In this document: positions 39,501 to 44,282 of the stretch, piece after piece
Position numbering within the stretch: the stretch's first letter is position 1
Layout: each line of letters begins with the position of its first letter
Virus record (IMG/VR): IMGVR_UViG_3300038675_000398
Coordinates: 1 to 52,023 of that record
Direction: 5' to 3' (one strand)
DNA: 52,023 nucleotides
Source: a virus
Lineage: Duplodnaviria > Caudoviricetes
Notes under the pieces: generated by a model
Seen by the model: the letters and a program-made list of their open reading frames with translations, nothing else
Told to the model about the DNA's origin: nothing
Databases searched by the model: none
Position numbers and translations under genes: made by a program

Positions 39501-41366
39501 ATTTTGCAGATCCTGGTCCAGCTCATTCCGTTTCTCCTGATGCTCCGCTTGGTATATGCCGTCATAGCCCTGCATTACTGACTTGGTGCGTATAAACTCG
39601 GATATCCCGGTCAAAAGGTTTCCGGCATCCCCATCAGTCTCCAGGGCCATCTGGTTGATGATCGGGGCCACCTTTTGTGCCATTTGGCTCGGAGTGGTGT
39701 CCATGATCAGGTCCATTATATACTCTGCCTGTGAGGTCTTGTATCCGTTGTCCTTTAGGATATCTTTCAGGGCCAGGGTAGCGTTCTGGAAATTCTTTTG
39801 TGCAGATGCGTATTGTGCCGTTGATACGGCTCCACCCAGGATCGTTATAGGAGCAAAGGAAGCCAGGGTAATGAGCTGCTGCTCTATGGTTGCAAAATCC
39901 TGTAAAGCTTCTTTATTGCCTGTCAAGGCCCTCAAAGAATTGCCGTACCATTCCTCAAAATACTCCCCGGCAAAACCATTCCAACCCCCTTGTTTCATTA
40001 GCTTATAAGCGCCGGTCTTGGAAAGGTTCTGAAAGAACTTGGTAAACCCTGTTTCCGGGATCTTGGATATAAGGCCGGTAAAGGGCAGCTTCATTCCTGC
40101 AATGATATGCTCACCCATAGTTTCGGATAAATTCTCAATGAACGAATCCAAGAAACCCAGGCCAACGGCCTTAAACCCATTATTAAGCCTCCCGTTTTCG
40201 TCATACAAAACAGCTTGATCTGTGATATTGCTATACGTTGAAAGCATAACCGGTGTCCTTGCTGCAGTTGCTACAAGTCCTTTAGCAACGGCCAGCCCAC
40301 CCTTGGCAAGGGTTCGCCCTGCTTTGGATGCTATGTTTTTGACGATCCAGCTTTCCAGGGCCTTTGTAGCCCCTTTTGCAGCCACCTTGCTTATGCCGCC
40401 GGTCAGAATGAACTCTGCCATAAATTTGGCCGAATCCATGGCTCCCTGTCCTGCCTGGTAGCCTAATGACAGATCATCGGCTCGCAATGCGGAAGCGTGA
40501 AGGTTGTTAAAGAAAGCTCCCATTAAAGCTTTTTCAGGCTCTGTCAGGACAGCATCTATATCAATATCCTCTCCGTACTCCTCCTGGGCCTTTTGCAGCT
40601 TCATAGCAACGTCCCTGGTATTAAGGTTCCTGGCAATGTTGGTAATGCCAAAGGTCCAAAAATCTATGTCTGTGGCCCTATTTGCTGCCCCTTTACCGAA
40701 ATTGGCAAAGGCATTTGAATCATCAAACCTGGATGGAGCTGCAAGGATCTCTTGCGTTTTCTTGTTCAGCTCCAGGGCTGATTGCAGAGTGTTTCGCTGT
40801 TTGATAACATCTGCTTCCTGTTCTGTGTATGCAGATCCCGGCATAACCATTCCCGGAACAGCTGCGGTGGCACGTTTTGTCTTTGCAAGAAAGATTGCGT
40901 CTTCATTTTCTTTGCTGAACAGGTCATACATCTGCTGGAGCTGCAATCCCTCTTCCTTGGTCTGCAAAAGCGCATCCTGTTTCTCGTCATGCTGCTTAAT
41001 CGCTTGCGCAATTCCGGTGCGCAAAATGGCTTGCGTTTTTTCACCAGTTGCAGTGGGTGGCGTTTGTTGCGCATAACTCTGCGCTTGCGCATCGGTACTT
41101 ATAGGCTGCGTGTCTGTGATCCCGGGACGTTCTAGTTCCTGGATCGGCACATTGGCAGGGTTTTGTTGTGATGCGTCAAGCCATTTCTCAAACTGCTCAT
41201 AGGTGCCCAGGCGGTCAACATATCCCAGATTGGAAAACCCATTATAGAGTATTTTCCGTTTTTGAGGATCTGCAAGCCTATTGCGAAATTCCTCCTCGGT
41301 TACCGGCTTTGCGGTGTTCTTTGAATAAACAGGGTATAGGGTTTTGATTGCGTCTTTCTGTGTCAT
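21570..41366 (-). CDS. giant polyvalent (DarB-like) virion/ejected protein: ParB-like, DUF2958-like, N6-adenine MTase, SNF2 helicase, JAB/RadC, two zincin peptidase domains, LPD23- and LPD38-like regions
   Basis: 6598 aa uninterrupted ORF; motifs IVISGNNRTM, ILESSAGIG and NVPF, HEVGSGKT/DEVH/ATGTP/QRNGRILRQGN, HNHPSG, HEIQH, HEAVAH. Confidence 0.88.
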   Translation of the reverse strand: MTQKDAIKTLYPVYSKNTAKPVTEEEFRNRLADPQKRKILYNGFSNLGYVDRLGTYEQFEKWLDASQQNPANVPIQELERPGITDTQPISTDAQAQSYAQQTPPTATGEKTQAILRTGIAQAIKQHDEKQDALLQTKEEGLQLQQMYDLFSKENEDAIFLAKTKRATAAVPGMVMPGSAYTEQEADVIKQRNTLQSALELNKKTQEILAAPSRFDDSNAFANFGKGAANRATDIDFWTFGITNIARNLNTRDVAMKLQKAQEEYGEDIDIDAVLTEPEKALMGAFFNNLHASALRADDLSLGYQAGQGAMDSAKFMAEFILTGGISKVAAKGATKALESWIVKNIASKAGRTLAKGGLAVAKGLVATAARTPVMLSTYSNITDQAVLYDENGRLNNGFKAVGLGFLDSFIENLSETMGEHIIAGMKLPFTGLISKIPETGFTKFFQNLSKTGAYKLMKQGGWNGFAGEYFEEWYGNSLRALTGNKEALQDFATIEQQLITLASFAPITILGGAVSTAQYASAQKNFQNATLALKDILKDNGYKTSQAEYIMDLIMDTTPSQMAQKVAPIINQMALETDGDAGNLLTGISEFIRTKSVMQGYDGIYQAEHQEKRNELDQDLQNEIGEYTNKKGEVEMAVDKDGNANYVLSDVADELEPLIVIKGLDGQTKMVSKSEYQANYTPSVLTSKDEYLSEMIMTKQTQELAEETKIEEDANFLNSIELGVPQYFNINGVMTEGTPQAITPDGSITVHFGNHVEMLTADQYKALNQPTAVTAAQTEELAQAEQEQAAQEQEAQEQAEQEQEELAQEQEEAAQEQVEPETPAKELPKTEDGETDFDALLDADPETYAQELAKAIGEEKAANTMSALAKQTDAQIEKLQKRLEKETSTNKIVSINRNIDQLQQRRDALTGLIVKGSKPQTPQTPEVTDGQTAQPVQAGQVGQNIADKWKNTPKQQGIEETFTLPNGKQIKGRWILTEAWAPTPSHDPHTLQPSEGFPVTKDGKNVNDNDYTKKAAEVETMAQSYDSRAIDHPIFVKNGIVISGNNRTMSGILAAERGTDTKYREALAEKAKKMGFTPEQIAQFKNPRLYVEISEDLPLNTETFALFNQRETKSKTPTERAIVVSKRDNTHVVGLISRELDGYERLSDLYQNERASTAIAKYLTEGGLINQNELPELFENGSFTPAGKDFLESVLVGSVMKEDQVKILATEGMKSTRQRVVKAIVPLIENSKLREEVRIIDDINTGIKYLYGAKKAGMTLREYFLQSNMFEAATYDLNGVRNALMLQGTEKDFRDYVQLANKRLKDPIANMFTGEIETKDDVYKELENQYNDEQRRTIEAARAANAQSGAANDQGAVLPGGPKDNEPGGPGISADAGEQAKASPATNERSGSEVDTQPTRSEQKEDPGQEQSDQGLVSVFDAAKKAEESTEERLQREADEATAEFLEAFNDLQDNSPGIIDNTAEKQAKMLIAGTKMVAAYTKLGVYKFADLVNRLAKKGIQITEDLLSALKKAYGAFAAENDIDELDEMKAIRAFKLSDINTENDQKSESEEVKADKQALTEKIDNIFASLSDLAPHNEQLWAKTSISRWQANKFLKDIREFQDAAITNGNVDYQKDLDNHNYEMIEGKEVKINTYKLNGYTVEVGYEWGGSSTHGASGLYTQVENQQGEILKIYNPKYRTEKTIDISYRHPRFIKKQAETKPEESSGVVSVFAAAEKAKEKPRQEIRKTFSDYKLCNVYIPETQKTAVREMWRNKSEEIESITQDVEKSLEAIPSRPQDKGYQSVVYAHYFIGQTDIYVLDIDRDEGLMYTYTILNGDYEMSEFGYQSIKEVTNIRGMELDFYWDPAPLNEVLYQEAPNYFDNPKKETENNGQETRSTETIEAETEAVEAASESIRGESENVGSDQQRAGDIKEQAGEQVEKIETLLNQVDEKLAELKLTDKEYSTDGIEADYPINILAKGPIKKDATAYVRAVAAMTGLEHDTDRKGKMEIVNVNIAPAGGDVTFVLWSKKNPDYGVYVSIPYSPDYRDSYDDYHVKGSILWRVTTKQDKWGGLSNQWTSVDVTAKELAETLLKGLNQELRSRGLEQEINEVKVTPEKVKNTKVNPVKVRKTDENQLPLFQEEDSITNKDNNNEYKKRGSETESAGVGKTAQQNTGEPNRGRVDRSDTDNNGPDQVRSTRTSDASSEQTSGTERRNANNNRNERGVDYFPKATKARFNANIEAIKLMRELNNSGVTVPTREQMGVLRKFSGWGGLGSYFNDNTPENQTLLSVLDSEEYQRASESVWSSYYTPSVVIDSMWSLAKKLGFKRGSILESSAGIGSIIGYMPQSISNNSSITAVEIDPISGGILKLLYPDANVSISGFEDTEIRNGSVDLAITNVPFVTGLNVYDKVDKDLSTKFKNIHDFVIAKNIRKLKEGGIGIFITTKGTLDSSKKLREWVGTKGSADVIGAFRLNNETFEGTSVTSDIIVVRKRIGGKVSTEAIDVLSTAVERSLDYDTGDLKWNNKLRQYDKVFKSVDLIYNSYFIKNQNSMGGVMAFGFEKNDTYRPLSMSLYPKSTINQNERLAEWVNSFNGTEFDTKSQNVDRREHEATDIKDGQLFIDKNGKIAISSRGFAADPGINNQKVKGHAKTKVLRDYNTIKDAINSLLDYQTTNKGDEGLKPLLARLNRVYDLFVANYGYLNNNASISWLRKDVEFPAIAAIEEYYETKTIDGKKIIKASKTKLFTERVVGFKAEPQPKNIKDAVIASIHKYGTIDVQYIASKLEIPDEAVIEEIIREGYGFSDPESGAVVPRHIYLSGNVREKLRIAENGNIDGIYEKNIEALNKVIPLDIPTHLIDIGIGSTWLPAKVFIEYFKDMYDVEVAVRQIEGTWIVEDKDNTSNQKNIQKGVYSSIVDKRVKGHELAAAAMNNRNIVFSKQVKYSDGTSETINDKDATSAATARIQEIKEEFKDYIQTKIASDADLSAGLKVIYNEKYNAIAPLKIDDIFVPERLPGSAEYIKLYPHQKKAAIRGTMQPLMFAHEVGSGKTFTLVATAMEMRRLGTAKKPMIVVQNATIGQFVSEAKALYPNAKILSLTDSDRDRDGRLRFYSNIKYNDWDMVVIPQSTFDMIPDSPERLETFIREKIDEKLHTIEALRDSGEDQRTVRRYEKELEDLYGELTGRTEKKAKSKKKNANNEKRKGIAISNAATRAEKQLDRKVDDVQYFDDLGVDALLIDEVHAYKKLGYETTMARGVKGIDTSRSKRAASLYIKSRAILDQTGGKNIIFATGTPITNTTAELWTFMRFLLPKDVLEQNDLKYFDDFARNFGSIEQVVEWATSGKYKENTRFARYINIPELVRIWASHSDTILTKDVGYINDKIPKIETGKAQDVYMEQSDSLVAILKAVRRELEKFENMSGKEKKENSHIPIVMYGIAKRAAIDTRLVSKEAPDEPLSKTNRTVTEILKTLEETKAYKGTVAVFCDNQNRMENGKVTFNIFEDIKQKLIAQGTPESQIAIMKGNMDIKSKQKLFAEVNEGNVRVIMGSTGTLGTGVNIQERLHTLIHIDAPDLPMQYTQRNGRILRQGNLHKEWDKEVRILRFGVVDSLDITSYQRLDTKSKFINSIMDGNAIMNDSMETRSIEDEGDDIFTDTVAHLSGSQFALKKNFAEKALRRLLSKKKQHEQDQIYIENQLRRNELKTQDSQKRVAELENIVSQIKKHFPNGEAKEIYLEGHKVSGALGLDAIIKDYVNKPLNEAIEAARNNNRFTKEKFPVVLKINGVEFTITTVVSRDTTYDQKFHGMRIIMHRKVYYDAPTLGLNKEPIGGGYVSKVVEEIINNVIPGAYYEQELNTARRSLDHIQRENQAMLERRGKPFDQEDELEIAQKRVEEYDKAMRKELAEKEAKYSQRGNGEGLNITDISTENDDTPNNDEEDVDQDENGENRYRMAQEAEAATDSLEEESLYEYRNSTTFTDNNGNNKGRSSILQEDAVQMQLSWDEQVGDVPAQRAAAIVADPDIAKIQQSAGYNPIIDHGFTSVERVLSNNGAVTFMGNPLTGPAKINGPGDVAFLFKNLESASSENAFIVLIDKKNNHRVLYLSTGNEYSTIIDFKSIPAAIKEFDAAKICMVHNHPSGSLKPSDNDIKCQTRIGQIAREMGIEAMPGIIINLDTGKYAEFTQHFTNHPDRPRKEDMGDVSPVDIYAFDRQTLYMPSSRRIQLNEPDKVAQFISRQKRGINGKIHVMILDRALMVSRYFLMDGNLSTSEMLNTIWPAVGKHGIYVMLASNRQFNNVELSDLKDGLKLIDSQLLDVLTIKQDKDIINNYESLSAQGLLDEQVRYEKQQTMLNDMVAAKKFMNEKGSSTYTELTEEEIPEKTQVAYKLMRYFNNKPGVLYPLYAKDEAGKKGFKKGVWYKAERQSVKIGGKNLAERPGIHAVDLPLFLQGKVRKSGETRVWAKVLMPAMSEKTQAESDNTTLLPNGQRSGIRERVIGPKEAYNFKTNPNATGSGVWPIAGSMKVERVLSDAEVEKILVDNGKEDYVTLSMSGDPEIRYRLIGEEGAGNLDRAEDATIRLDNLRVAREMEDQGMDAKAIRLATGWERGADKKWRYEISPIKAKDISDTTQYGPRKLEQAIDADELFKAYPELRGIPIAINHDKMVPEYTDEFRDNFRRFMKGVTSIYHDGYVGIYIEYPWAKSSKEGEKLDASDTLEAHADDVLSVIGHEIQHLIQQIEYFAPGSSVAISLSDPEHVAKNKFDAYRRSAGEVEARNVQTRMGMSEEEARRTLIQETEDVAREDQIVLQAQLGVAPIRYRSLNQAGFYSTVEDALEKIKQEKGTPEQFKAMLLKNGAKQAELDWMDYDGAFTGKSVTKTEIQDWIDQNKIEVEEKINREERGTPIIKKLNDRGIGVAQAPGKDIFYWISNGFPLSAEEKFKNNDLISELASIRMPAPKYSQYTVPGGKNYQELLLMMPIRKILPEGYTLDKLGDLYKVFDKNGNVVSTGSNAEIATENALRGSSTKFQSGHFDEPNILAHVRFNEREVNGERVLFIEEIQSDWAQEGKKKGFKGDASEYDSVFAELVKIRDKKLAYIKEVDPYNEYTISYLKAEYPRMKELDEKENQLIDREYELRKKKNGVPNMPFKQTGQWVNLALRRMMRYAAENGFDRIAWTNGEQQAERYDLSKQISMASAIKLQLSKDGVQRYSLILEDSKGDEIEPYARSGKTLTPQEMEDTIGKDLANKLIEGADKTVNLNWPKNSKVNPQFYTLRGVDLKVGGEGMKAFYDNIVPKAANKLGKPFGAKVEEVQLPLVAKEAYNEQTEDLDLSIQAEEIQDRFMESQAEEGDYALEDYVKDMKDAGYEVLFENGEPSNLKKITSGQTFTVQSLPVTYTMKESVPGGMPLFRPFMKSPMRERIIARDRLESMVDKLNIKVNIVNRADLKNEKQKRAKGFYEPRTGNITIVLDNHKTADDAIATLLHEAVAHKGLRNLFGSDFDRFLDNVYQSAGKEVRAEINKLIAKNGWDTRLAAEEYLATLAESTDYDQNESLWRKIKNYFMDMLRRAGIKMDSVLTDADLRYILQRSYDRLTDPSGPGGVFDAARDAQIRRRVGLNSDNDTRYRSNKNAAQDKVEQFANNAYDARLNETMNKIREAHQDSMLSLKILQEEVAKASRKEIQTFEDAYLAENHISSKNLYEKEHFMANYYEPMSKAIRSLADKLDGEYQSVVTYAMAKHGLERNIKLAERDAEKMHAKWKAELDKKLAQELIDQAKYDKEIKRLEAKYDETVEYYRGRDYSGLTALFPSSESMEELPDVALAEAMAQELVDQVEEAAMDEVREFWSRVNAATKKSLHKTYETGILTRSVYENIRDMYDYYIPLRGFSETTADDVYEYLQFDRSSFSPPVLTARGRKSMADDPFATIGTMAESAIQQGNNNWMKQKFLNMALNHESNLISVREMWYENKGTEENPDWIQAMPDIEPGASAMEVNQAYETFEQRMADLSGIGMAKKTMKGLNIPYRTLGKQAQEHSVIVKSAGKEYVIFINGNPRAAQAINGLTNPDVSDIRKKIMRANRWLAANYTTRSPKFMLRNLSRDTIYSLFNIYVKEDKAYNRRFRANLARSYVSIWKLMRDYSQNKLDVTNQEGMYMQEFLANGGETGYTVLKRVDEYKRIMSDLMLQAKGGKVVTLKKALRYMFDQIGFANRCVEDICRFTAFTTSRQMGRSVEESIADAKNVSVNFNKKGSGQGYGASTLRTAYLFYNAGIQGLDNFVNISKKNPKKFTIGTASMLAAGALIPFFNQLIAMALGGDPEEYLDMPEWIRRNNMVVGGNGFYVTIPLPIELRAIYGIGDIAYMASAGRMKNKNIAGEILGQLTDVMPVDPVGNNAGVANLVPDIVAPLFENLINEDFTGRPIFKNNSFNRYYPAFTKAYAGTNKALVRASELINRIGGGDDVTKGWVENNITIADVNNPAKWEHIFEGYFGGALTTANEAAKTLSMIWDPDQRILRNVPLANVLLQHNDERTSNSFINDMYYYYKEEYDKVRQSVIKYGQDPEKYSKQQRSLEDKDRYKRYLVFEEYLDEVKNVEKELKEAPDDETKRDLNAYYNRLKGRLVDELMKRD
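24670..25150 (-). other. zincin metallopeptidase domain (polyvalent-protein MPTase type)
   Basis: KGFYEP...TLLHEAVAHKGLR...AAEEYLATLAE...LWRKIKNYF; boundaries approximate. Confidence 0.65.
27010..27755 (-). other. LPD23-like domain followed by a zincin HExxH domain
   Basis: IRLATGWERGADKKWRYEI; ELFKAYPEL; HEIQHLIQ; AGEVEARNVQ; boundaries approximate. Confidence 0.65.
28470..29300 (-). other. JAB/RadC-like domain plus a degenerate second copy
   Basis: ENAFIVLID...MVHNHPSGSLKPSDND; the following segment (IHVMILD...QLLDVLTI) lacks the HxH; boundaries approximate. Confidence 0.7.
30500..32400 (-). other. SNF2/SF2 helicase domain
   Basis: LYPHQ, AHEVGSGKT (Walker A), IDEVHAYK (Walker B), FATGTP, GTGVNIQ, QRNGRILRQGN; boundaries approximate. 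Confidence 0.85.
33900..34730 (-). other. N6-adenine DNA methyltransferase domain
   Basis: FSGWGG, SYYTP, ILESSAGIG (SAM binding), VEIDP, ITNVPF (NPPF-type catalytic motif); boundaries approximate. Confidence 0.85.
34739..34960 (-). CDS. candidate nested (+1 frame) small helical protein inside the giant gene
   Basis: 73 aa MSTRNEEVKRRVLEWEKQHNKTLESLTEDEWIEAIRTIMALTRYEAQELL...; amphipathic pattern; leader accaataaagataacaataATG has A at -3, -6, -12, -13. Confidence 0.5.
   Translation of the reverse strand: MSTRNEEVKRRVLEWEKQHNKTLESLTEDEWIEAIRTIMALTRYEAQELLTHLQNRLPELRDETPTTTETKEA
35600..35749 (-). CDS. candidate nested (+1 frame) small basic protein inside the giant gene
   Basis: 49 aa MDKKQEAQRLLKLKQRLLKQHQNLSEVSRKMSEVIN...; A-rich leader aaagaaagaaacagaaaataATG. 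Confidence 0.35.
   Translation of the reverse strand: MDKKQEAQRLLKLKQRLLKQHQNLSEVSRKMSEVINRGPETSKSKPGNK
35805..36090 (-). other. DUF2958-like domain
   Basis: YAHYFIGQTDIYVLDID...SEFGYQSIKEV...MELDFYWDP pattern; boundaries approximate. Confidence 0.55.
37184..37372 (-). CDS. candidate nested (+1 frame) small Gln-rich protein inside the giant gene
   Basis: 62 aa ...MTKEQFYQEVQKTMSQEDQEFLQMLENRQKL...; leader gaaaatcaatataacgATG has A at -3, -6, -12, -13. Confidence 0.35.
   Translation of the reverse strand: MNNEEQSRRPGQQMPSQEQPMTKEQFYQEVQKTMSQEDQEFLQMLENRQKLVQQQTKDQDQK
37390..38500 (-). other. ParB-like (DdrB-type) domain
   Basis: PTPSHDP...NVNDNDY...PIFVKNGIVISGNNRTMS (ParB GxxR motif); boundaries approximate. 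Confidence 0.6.
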
Positions 41367-41368
41367 AG

Positions 41369-42715
41369 CTAAAATCCTTCAAATACGTCCTCTTGTGCAA
41401 AGGGGTTGAACCATTCCGTTGCCTCTGAATACTTATCCTCAATTTCTGTTGCCTTGTCTTGATAGTCCTGGGAAAGCTTTTTGATCTTCTCCATGGCCTT
41501 AGGCGATTGGGCTGCGTATTGTGCGACAAAAGATGCTTTTTCCTTGTCTGTCTTAAGATCTTTGTACTTGCTGCTTATCAATCTGCGCACATCGTCAATA
41601 TCAATGATCTCTTTTTCCCTATCCCTTTTCTTCTTGCCAGATGCGTTGACCTTGTCAATGTCTTCGTTATACGATTGCATGAGGTCGTTATATACATCCT
41701 CGGCCAGGGTTGGAAGGTTGTTAGATCCTAATGTGTAAGTTTGATCCCCTGACGTGATCGCAATCGGTTCCCCCTGTTCTTTGAGGAAGTTTTTACGTTC
41801 AAGGTCATATCCCCGGATCCGGTTCGTTTCCTTTCTGATTTCATTTTGATTAGTGCGATAATCTGCAAGCTGCTCTTGCTGTTCTTTCTTTAATGCCCGA
41901 TCCGCAACGGAATCCTGCTCACGTAGATTAAGCGCTCTTTCCTGGCGTTCGTCATCTATCTTTTCTCTGGCCGTTTTTTGCGCAAATTGCTTGTTCTGCG
42001 CCTCGGCGCTGCGCACATCTGCCTGTGCCTTTTCTTCCCCTGCCAGGGCCTGATTTTGTGCCGCTAATCGGCTGTTGATAGACTGATGCTGCAAGGTTAG
42101 GTTCTTATCCGCAAGTGATCTTTCCGACTCATTGAGCGAAGTGCGCAACTCCCTCTGAAGCTGCTCACGTTTAGCCTGGGCCTGATCGTATTGTTCCTGG
42201 TACCGGGTTGAAAAGCTGCTAGGCGGAGCCGATGGTGCTCCCTTGGTCGTAAAGTAAAGGTTTGCAAGCGATGTAATGCCGTCATTGATTGCATTGACAG
42301 TCTGTACTTTACGTGCCCTTTGAGCGGCCTCTTCCTGCTCTTCCAGGCTGGCCTGGTGCTGCTTATAGAATCCCTGCGTGATGTTTGCAAGATCATCAAT
42401 GTATGATTTTGAAACCTTGTCCTGGTCCTGGATAGCCTGGTCGGTTGCAGCGTTGCGCTTAGCGTTGATTTCCTGGCCCTGTTTGGCAATCAGATCTGTG
42501 TCATACAATTTATCTTGCTGCGAATCTTGCTGCGTTATTTGGCCGATTTCCCCACCTGGCTGGCTGGTTTGATTTGGCTGGATCGGCTCCCTGCCTGGGT
42601 TGGCCTGTATAGGGCTGGCCGGTGCCTGGGGTTGCTGCATATTAACAGCAGGAGCCGGCTGCTCTATGACCGGCTCATACTTTTTTGTTTGCGGATTATA
42701 TACAATACGATACAT
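41369..42715 (-). CDS. putative internal virion / ejection protein (coiled coil)
   Basis: 448 aa, Q/E/A-rich, Pro/Gln N-terminus; lies between the small pilot-like gene and the giant gene. Confidence 0.6.
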   Translation of the reverse strand: MYRIVYNPQTKKYEPVIEQPAPAVNMQQPQAPASPIQANPGREPIQPNQTSQPGGEIGQITQQDSQQDKLYDTDLIAKQGQEINAKRNAATDQAIQDQDKVSKSYIDDLANITQGFYKQHQASLEEQEEAAQRARKVQTVNAINDGITSLANLYFTTKGAPSAPPSSFSTRYQEQYDQAQAKREQLQRELRTSLNESERSLADKNLTLQHQSINSRLAAQNQALAGEEKAQADVRSAEAQNKQFAQKTAREKIDDERQERALNLREQDSVADRALKKEQQEQLADYRTNQNEIRKETNRIRGYDLERKNFLKEQGEPIAITSGDQTYTLGSNNLPTLAEDVYNDLMQSYNEDIDKVNASGKKKRDREKEIIDIDDVRRLISSKYKDLKTDKEKASFVAQYAAQSPKAMEKIKKLSQDYQDKATEIEDKYSEATEWFNPFAQEDVFEGF

Positions 42716-42724
42716 AATAGGTGA

Positions 42725-43288
42725 TTATTTCGTTCCGTCTTCCTTCATCCCTGCGGCCTTCATGGCTGCGGCTTTCTTCTCCGCATCAATGGATCCCTGC
42801 ACTCCGGCAGCTGCGGTGGAGAGGGCAGAGGCTGCCTGACCGGTGGCGGTTGCGATGTTCTGCGCTTTCTGGTTAAGTGTCGCTTGCTCATTTTGCGCAA
42901 GCTGCGCATCCCGGTTCTGGAATTGCGCTTCAATACCTTCCTTGTAGTTTGCTGATTGAGCGGCTATGTTACTCGTTACGTCTCCGATTGTGTTGTTTGC
43001 TTGCTGCTTGGCCAGCGCCGCTGCTTCATCTGTGGTCCCGGCAACGGCCCGGGAGGCTGCAACATTACGCTGATGCTCTAGCAATAATTCCCTGGCCTTT
43101 GTGATTGCTGCCTGGGAATCGGCCCTTTTGGTATAATCTTCATTCATCCTCATATCATACCAGGTGCGATTTTGAGCACGTTGCTGCTTCGTGATTGCGT
43201 TAGCCTCTGATGCTGCTTTTGAGGACTTTATGCCTCCGTATATGGCTGATCCTGCTGCCAGGACACCACCTATAATTGATGCTATCAT
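42725..43288 (-). CDS. putative DNA ejection/pilot protein
   Basis: 187 aa; Gly/Ala hydrophobic N-terminus (MIASIIGGVLAAGSAIYGG) then Ala/Gln coiled coil, as in podovirus ejection proteins. Confidence 0.65.
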   Translation of the reverse strand: MIASIIGGVLAAGSAIYGGIKSSKAASEANAITKQQRAQNRTWYDMRMNEDYTKRADSQAAITKARELLLEHQRNVAASRAVAGTTDEAAALAKQQANNTIGDVTSNIAAQSANYKEGIEAQFQNRDAQLAQNEQATLNQKAQNIATATGQAASALSTAAAGVQGSIDAEKKAAAMKAAGMKEDGTK

Positions 43289-43302
43289 ACTGAATCTGTG
43301 TT

Positions 43303-43353
43303 GGTTTACGCAAATGTAAAACTACAGATGCAGATCATTAGTCTAATTATTCC
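43303..43353 (-). promoter_or_regulatory. late promoter for the ejection-protein operon with upstream 13-bp box
   Basis: Minus strand GGAATAATTAGAC (43353-43341), 22 nt, TACATTTG (43318-43311), then CGTAAACC. Confidence 0.6.
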
Positions 43354-43385
43354 TATTCACGTGAGGGCAGAATGACGCCGATAAG

Positions 43386-43450
43386 TGGGTAAAAGAATTG
43401 GGAAAAAGAATTGGGTAAAACGAACACATTTTCCGCAAGGTTTTTACCCA
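43386..43450. repeat. 13-bp tandem repeats plus an inverted copy in the divergent intergenic region
   Basis: tgggtaaaagaat-tgggaaaaagaat-tgggtaaaa (43386-43420) and ttttaccca (43442-43450). Confidence 0.75.
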
Positions 43451-43663
43451 TTTTAATCTATTATAAATGATACTTTATTGCCTCTTAGAAACAAATATTT
43501 GTTAATATGCTAATTATCAATTACATCTGTTTCTATTCGTATCTATTATAGAAACGAATTATTTCCCAGGAATGTTAAGATAATGTCATTCTCTCAGCGC
43601 AAAGCTATGTTATAATAGTACGCAAGTTTGACAACAAAGTACATTAATTTCATTTGCATTGCT

Positions 43664-43694
43664 ATTGCAATTAAAAATAATTTATATATCTTTG
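43664..43694 (+). promoter_or_regulatory. early promoter (Bacteroidota sigma-A type)
   Basis: aTTG (43664-43667), 19 nt, TATCTTTG (43687-43694), 46 nt before the first early gene. Confidence 0.6.
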
Positions 43695-43740
43695 TAACAA
43701 CAAAGGGAAACAGGGAAACAATTTATTAAATAATGATATT

Positions 43741-43950
43741 ATGAAAACACTAAGTTTGAAAAAGGTAGATGAAGCAGCAGAAAAGTATTTCGCTAAAATC
43801 AAAGAAGAAAACCTGTTAGGCGAACATGATATGATAGTATTCACAGATGATTATCAATTTCGGTTAGCCAACAAAGAATTAGTAAAACCATTTGACCACA
43901 TCCTTAGGGCGTATAGGATTGATTCTTTAGGAAATTTGTGGGTGGCATAA
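43741..43950 (+). CDS. small early hypothetical protein
   Basis: 69 aa, AT-rich start context, first gene after the promoter. Confidence 0.65.
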   Translation: MKTLSLKKVDEAAEKYFAKIKEENLLGEHDMIVFTDDYQFRLANKELVKPFDHILRAYRIDSLGNLWVA

Positions 43951-43992
43951 ATAAAAACAAAAGGAATAAAAAACTAAACAACAACAAAGATC

Positions 43993-44280
43993 ATGAAGAC
44001 AATTAACAATTACAAAAATGTTACGAGTAGCCTTCAGTCGATGATTGCAATGAAAAACACGGAAAGCAATCCCCCGGCTGTTGGCAAGTATGTTACGGAG
44101 TTTTTTTATACGGATAGGCGCAGCCACAAAATTGCGTCTTTTGACAGCAGGACAATCGTCTGTGAGGACGGAGCGAAGTTTTCGTATTGGAAGGACGGAA
44201 GCATCCGGGTGGGCCGGGAAAAATGCAGAAATGCGAGAATTACCAATACGGATATGTCTTACGACGATATGAGTTTCTGA
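43993..44280 (+). CDS. small early hypothetical protein
   Basis: 95 aa, A-rich leader. Confidence 0.65.
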   Translation: MKTINNYKNVTSSLQSMIAMKNTESNPPAVGKYVTEFFYTDRRSHKIASFDSRTIVCEDGAKFSYWKDGSIRVGREKCRNARITNTDMSYDDMSF

Positions 44281-44282
44281 AC

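Noticed and set aside
21471-41135. Many plus-strand ORFs of 60-255 aa antisense to the giant gene and to other structural genes
   Set aside because: They are shadow frames of long minus-strand genes, with Ser/Leu/Phe-rich antisense composition and no recognisable motifs.
21570-41366. Tape measure protein, virion RNA polymerase or intein explaining the ORF size
   Set aside because: No tape-measure periodicity, no DxDxD polymerase motif in a recognisable context and no intein splice motifs noticed; the length is accounted for by discrete domains.
43386-43450. Mini CRISPR array
   Set aside because: The repeats are 13 bp and directly adjacent with no spacers; no cas genes.
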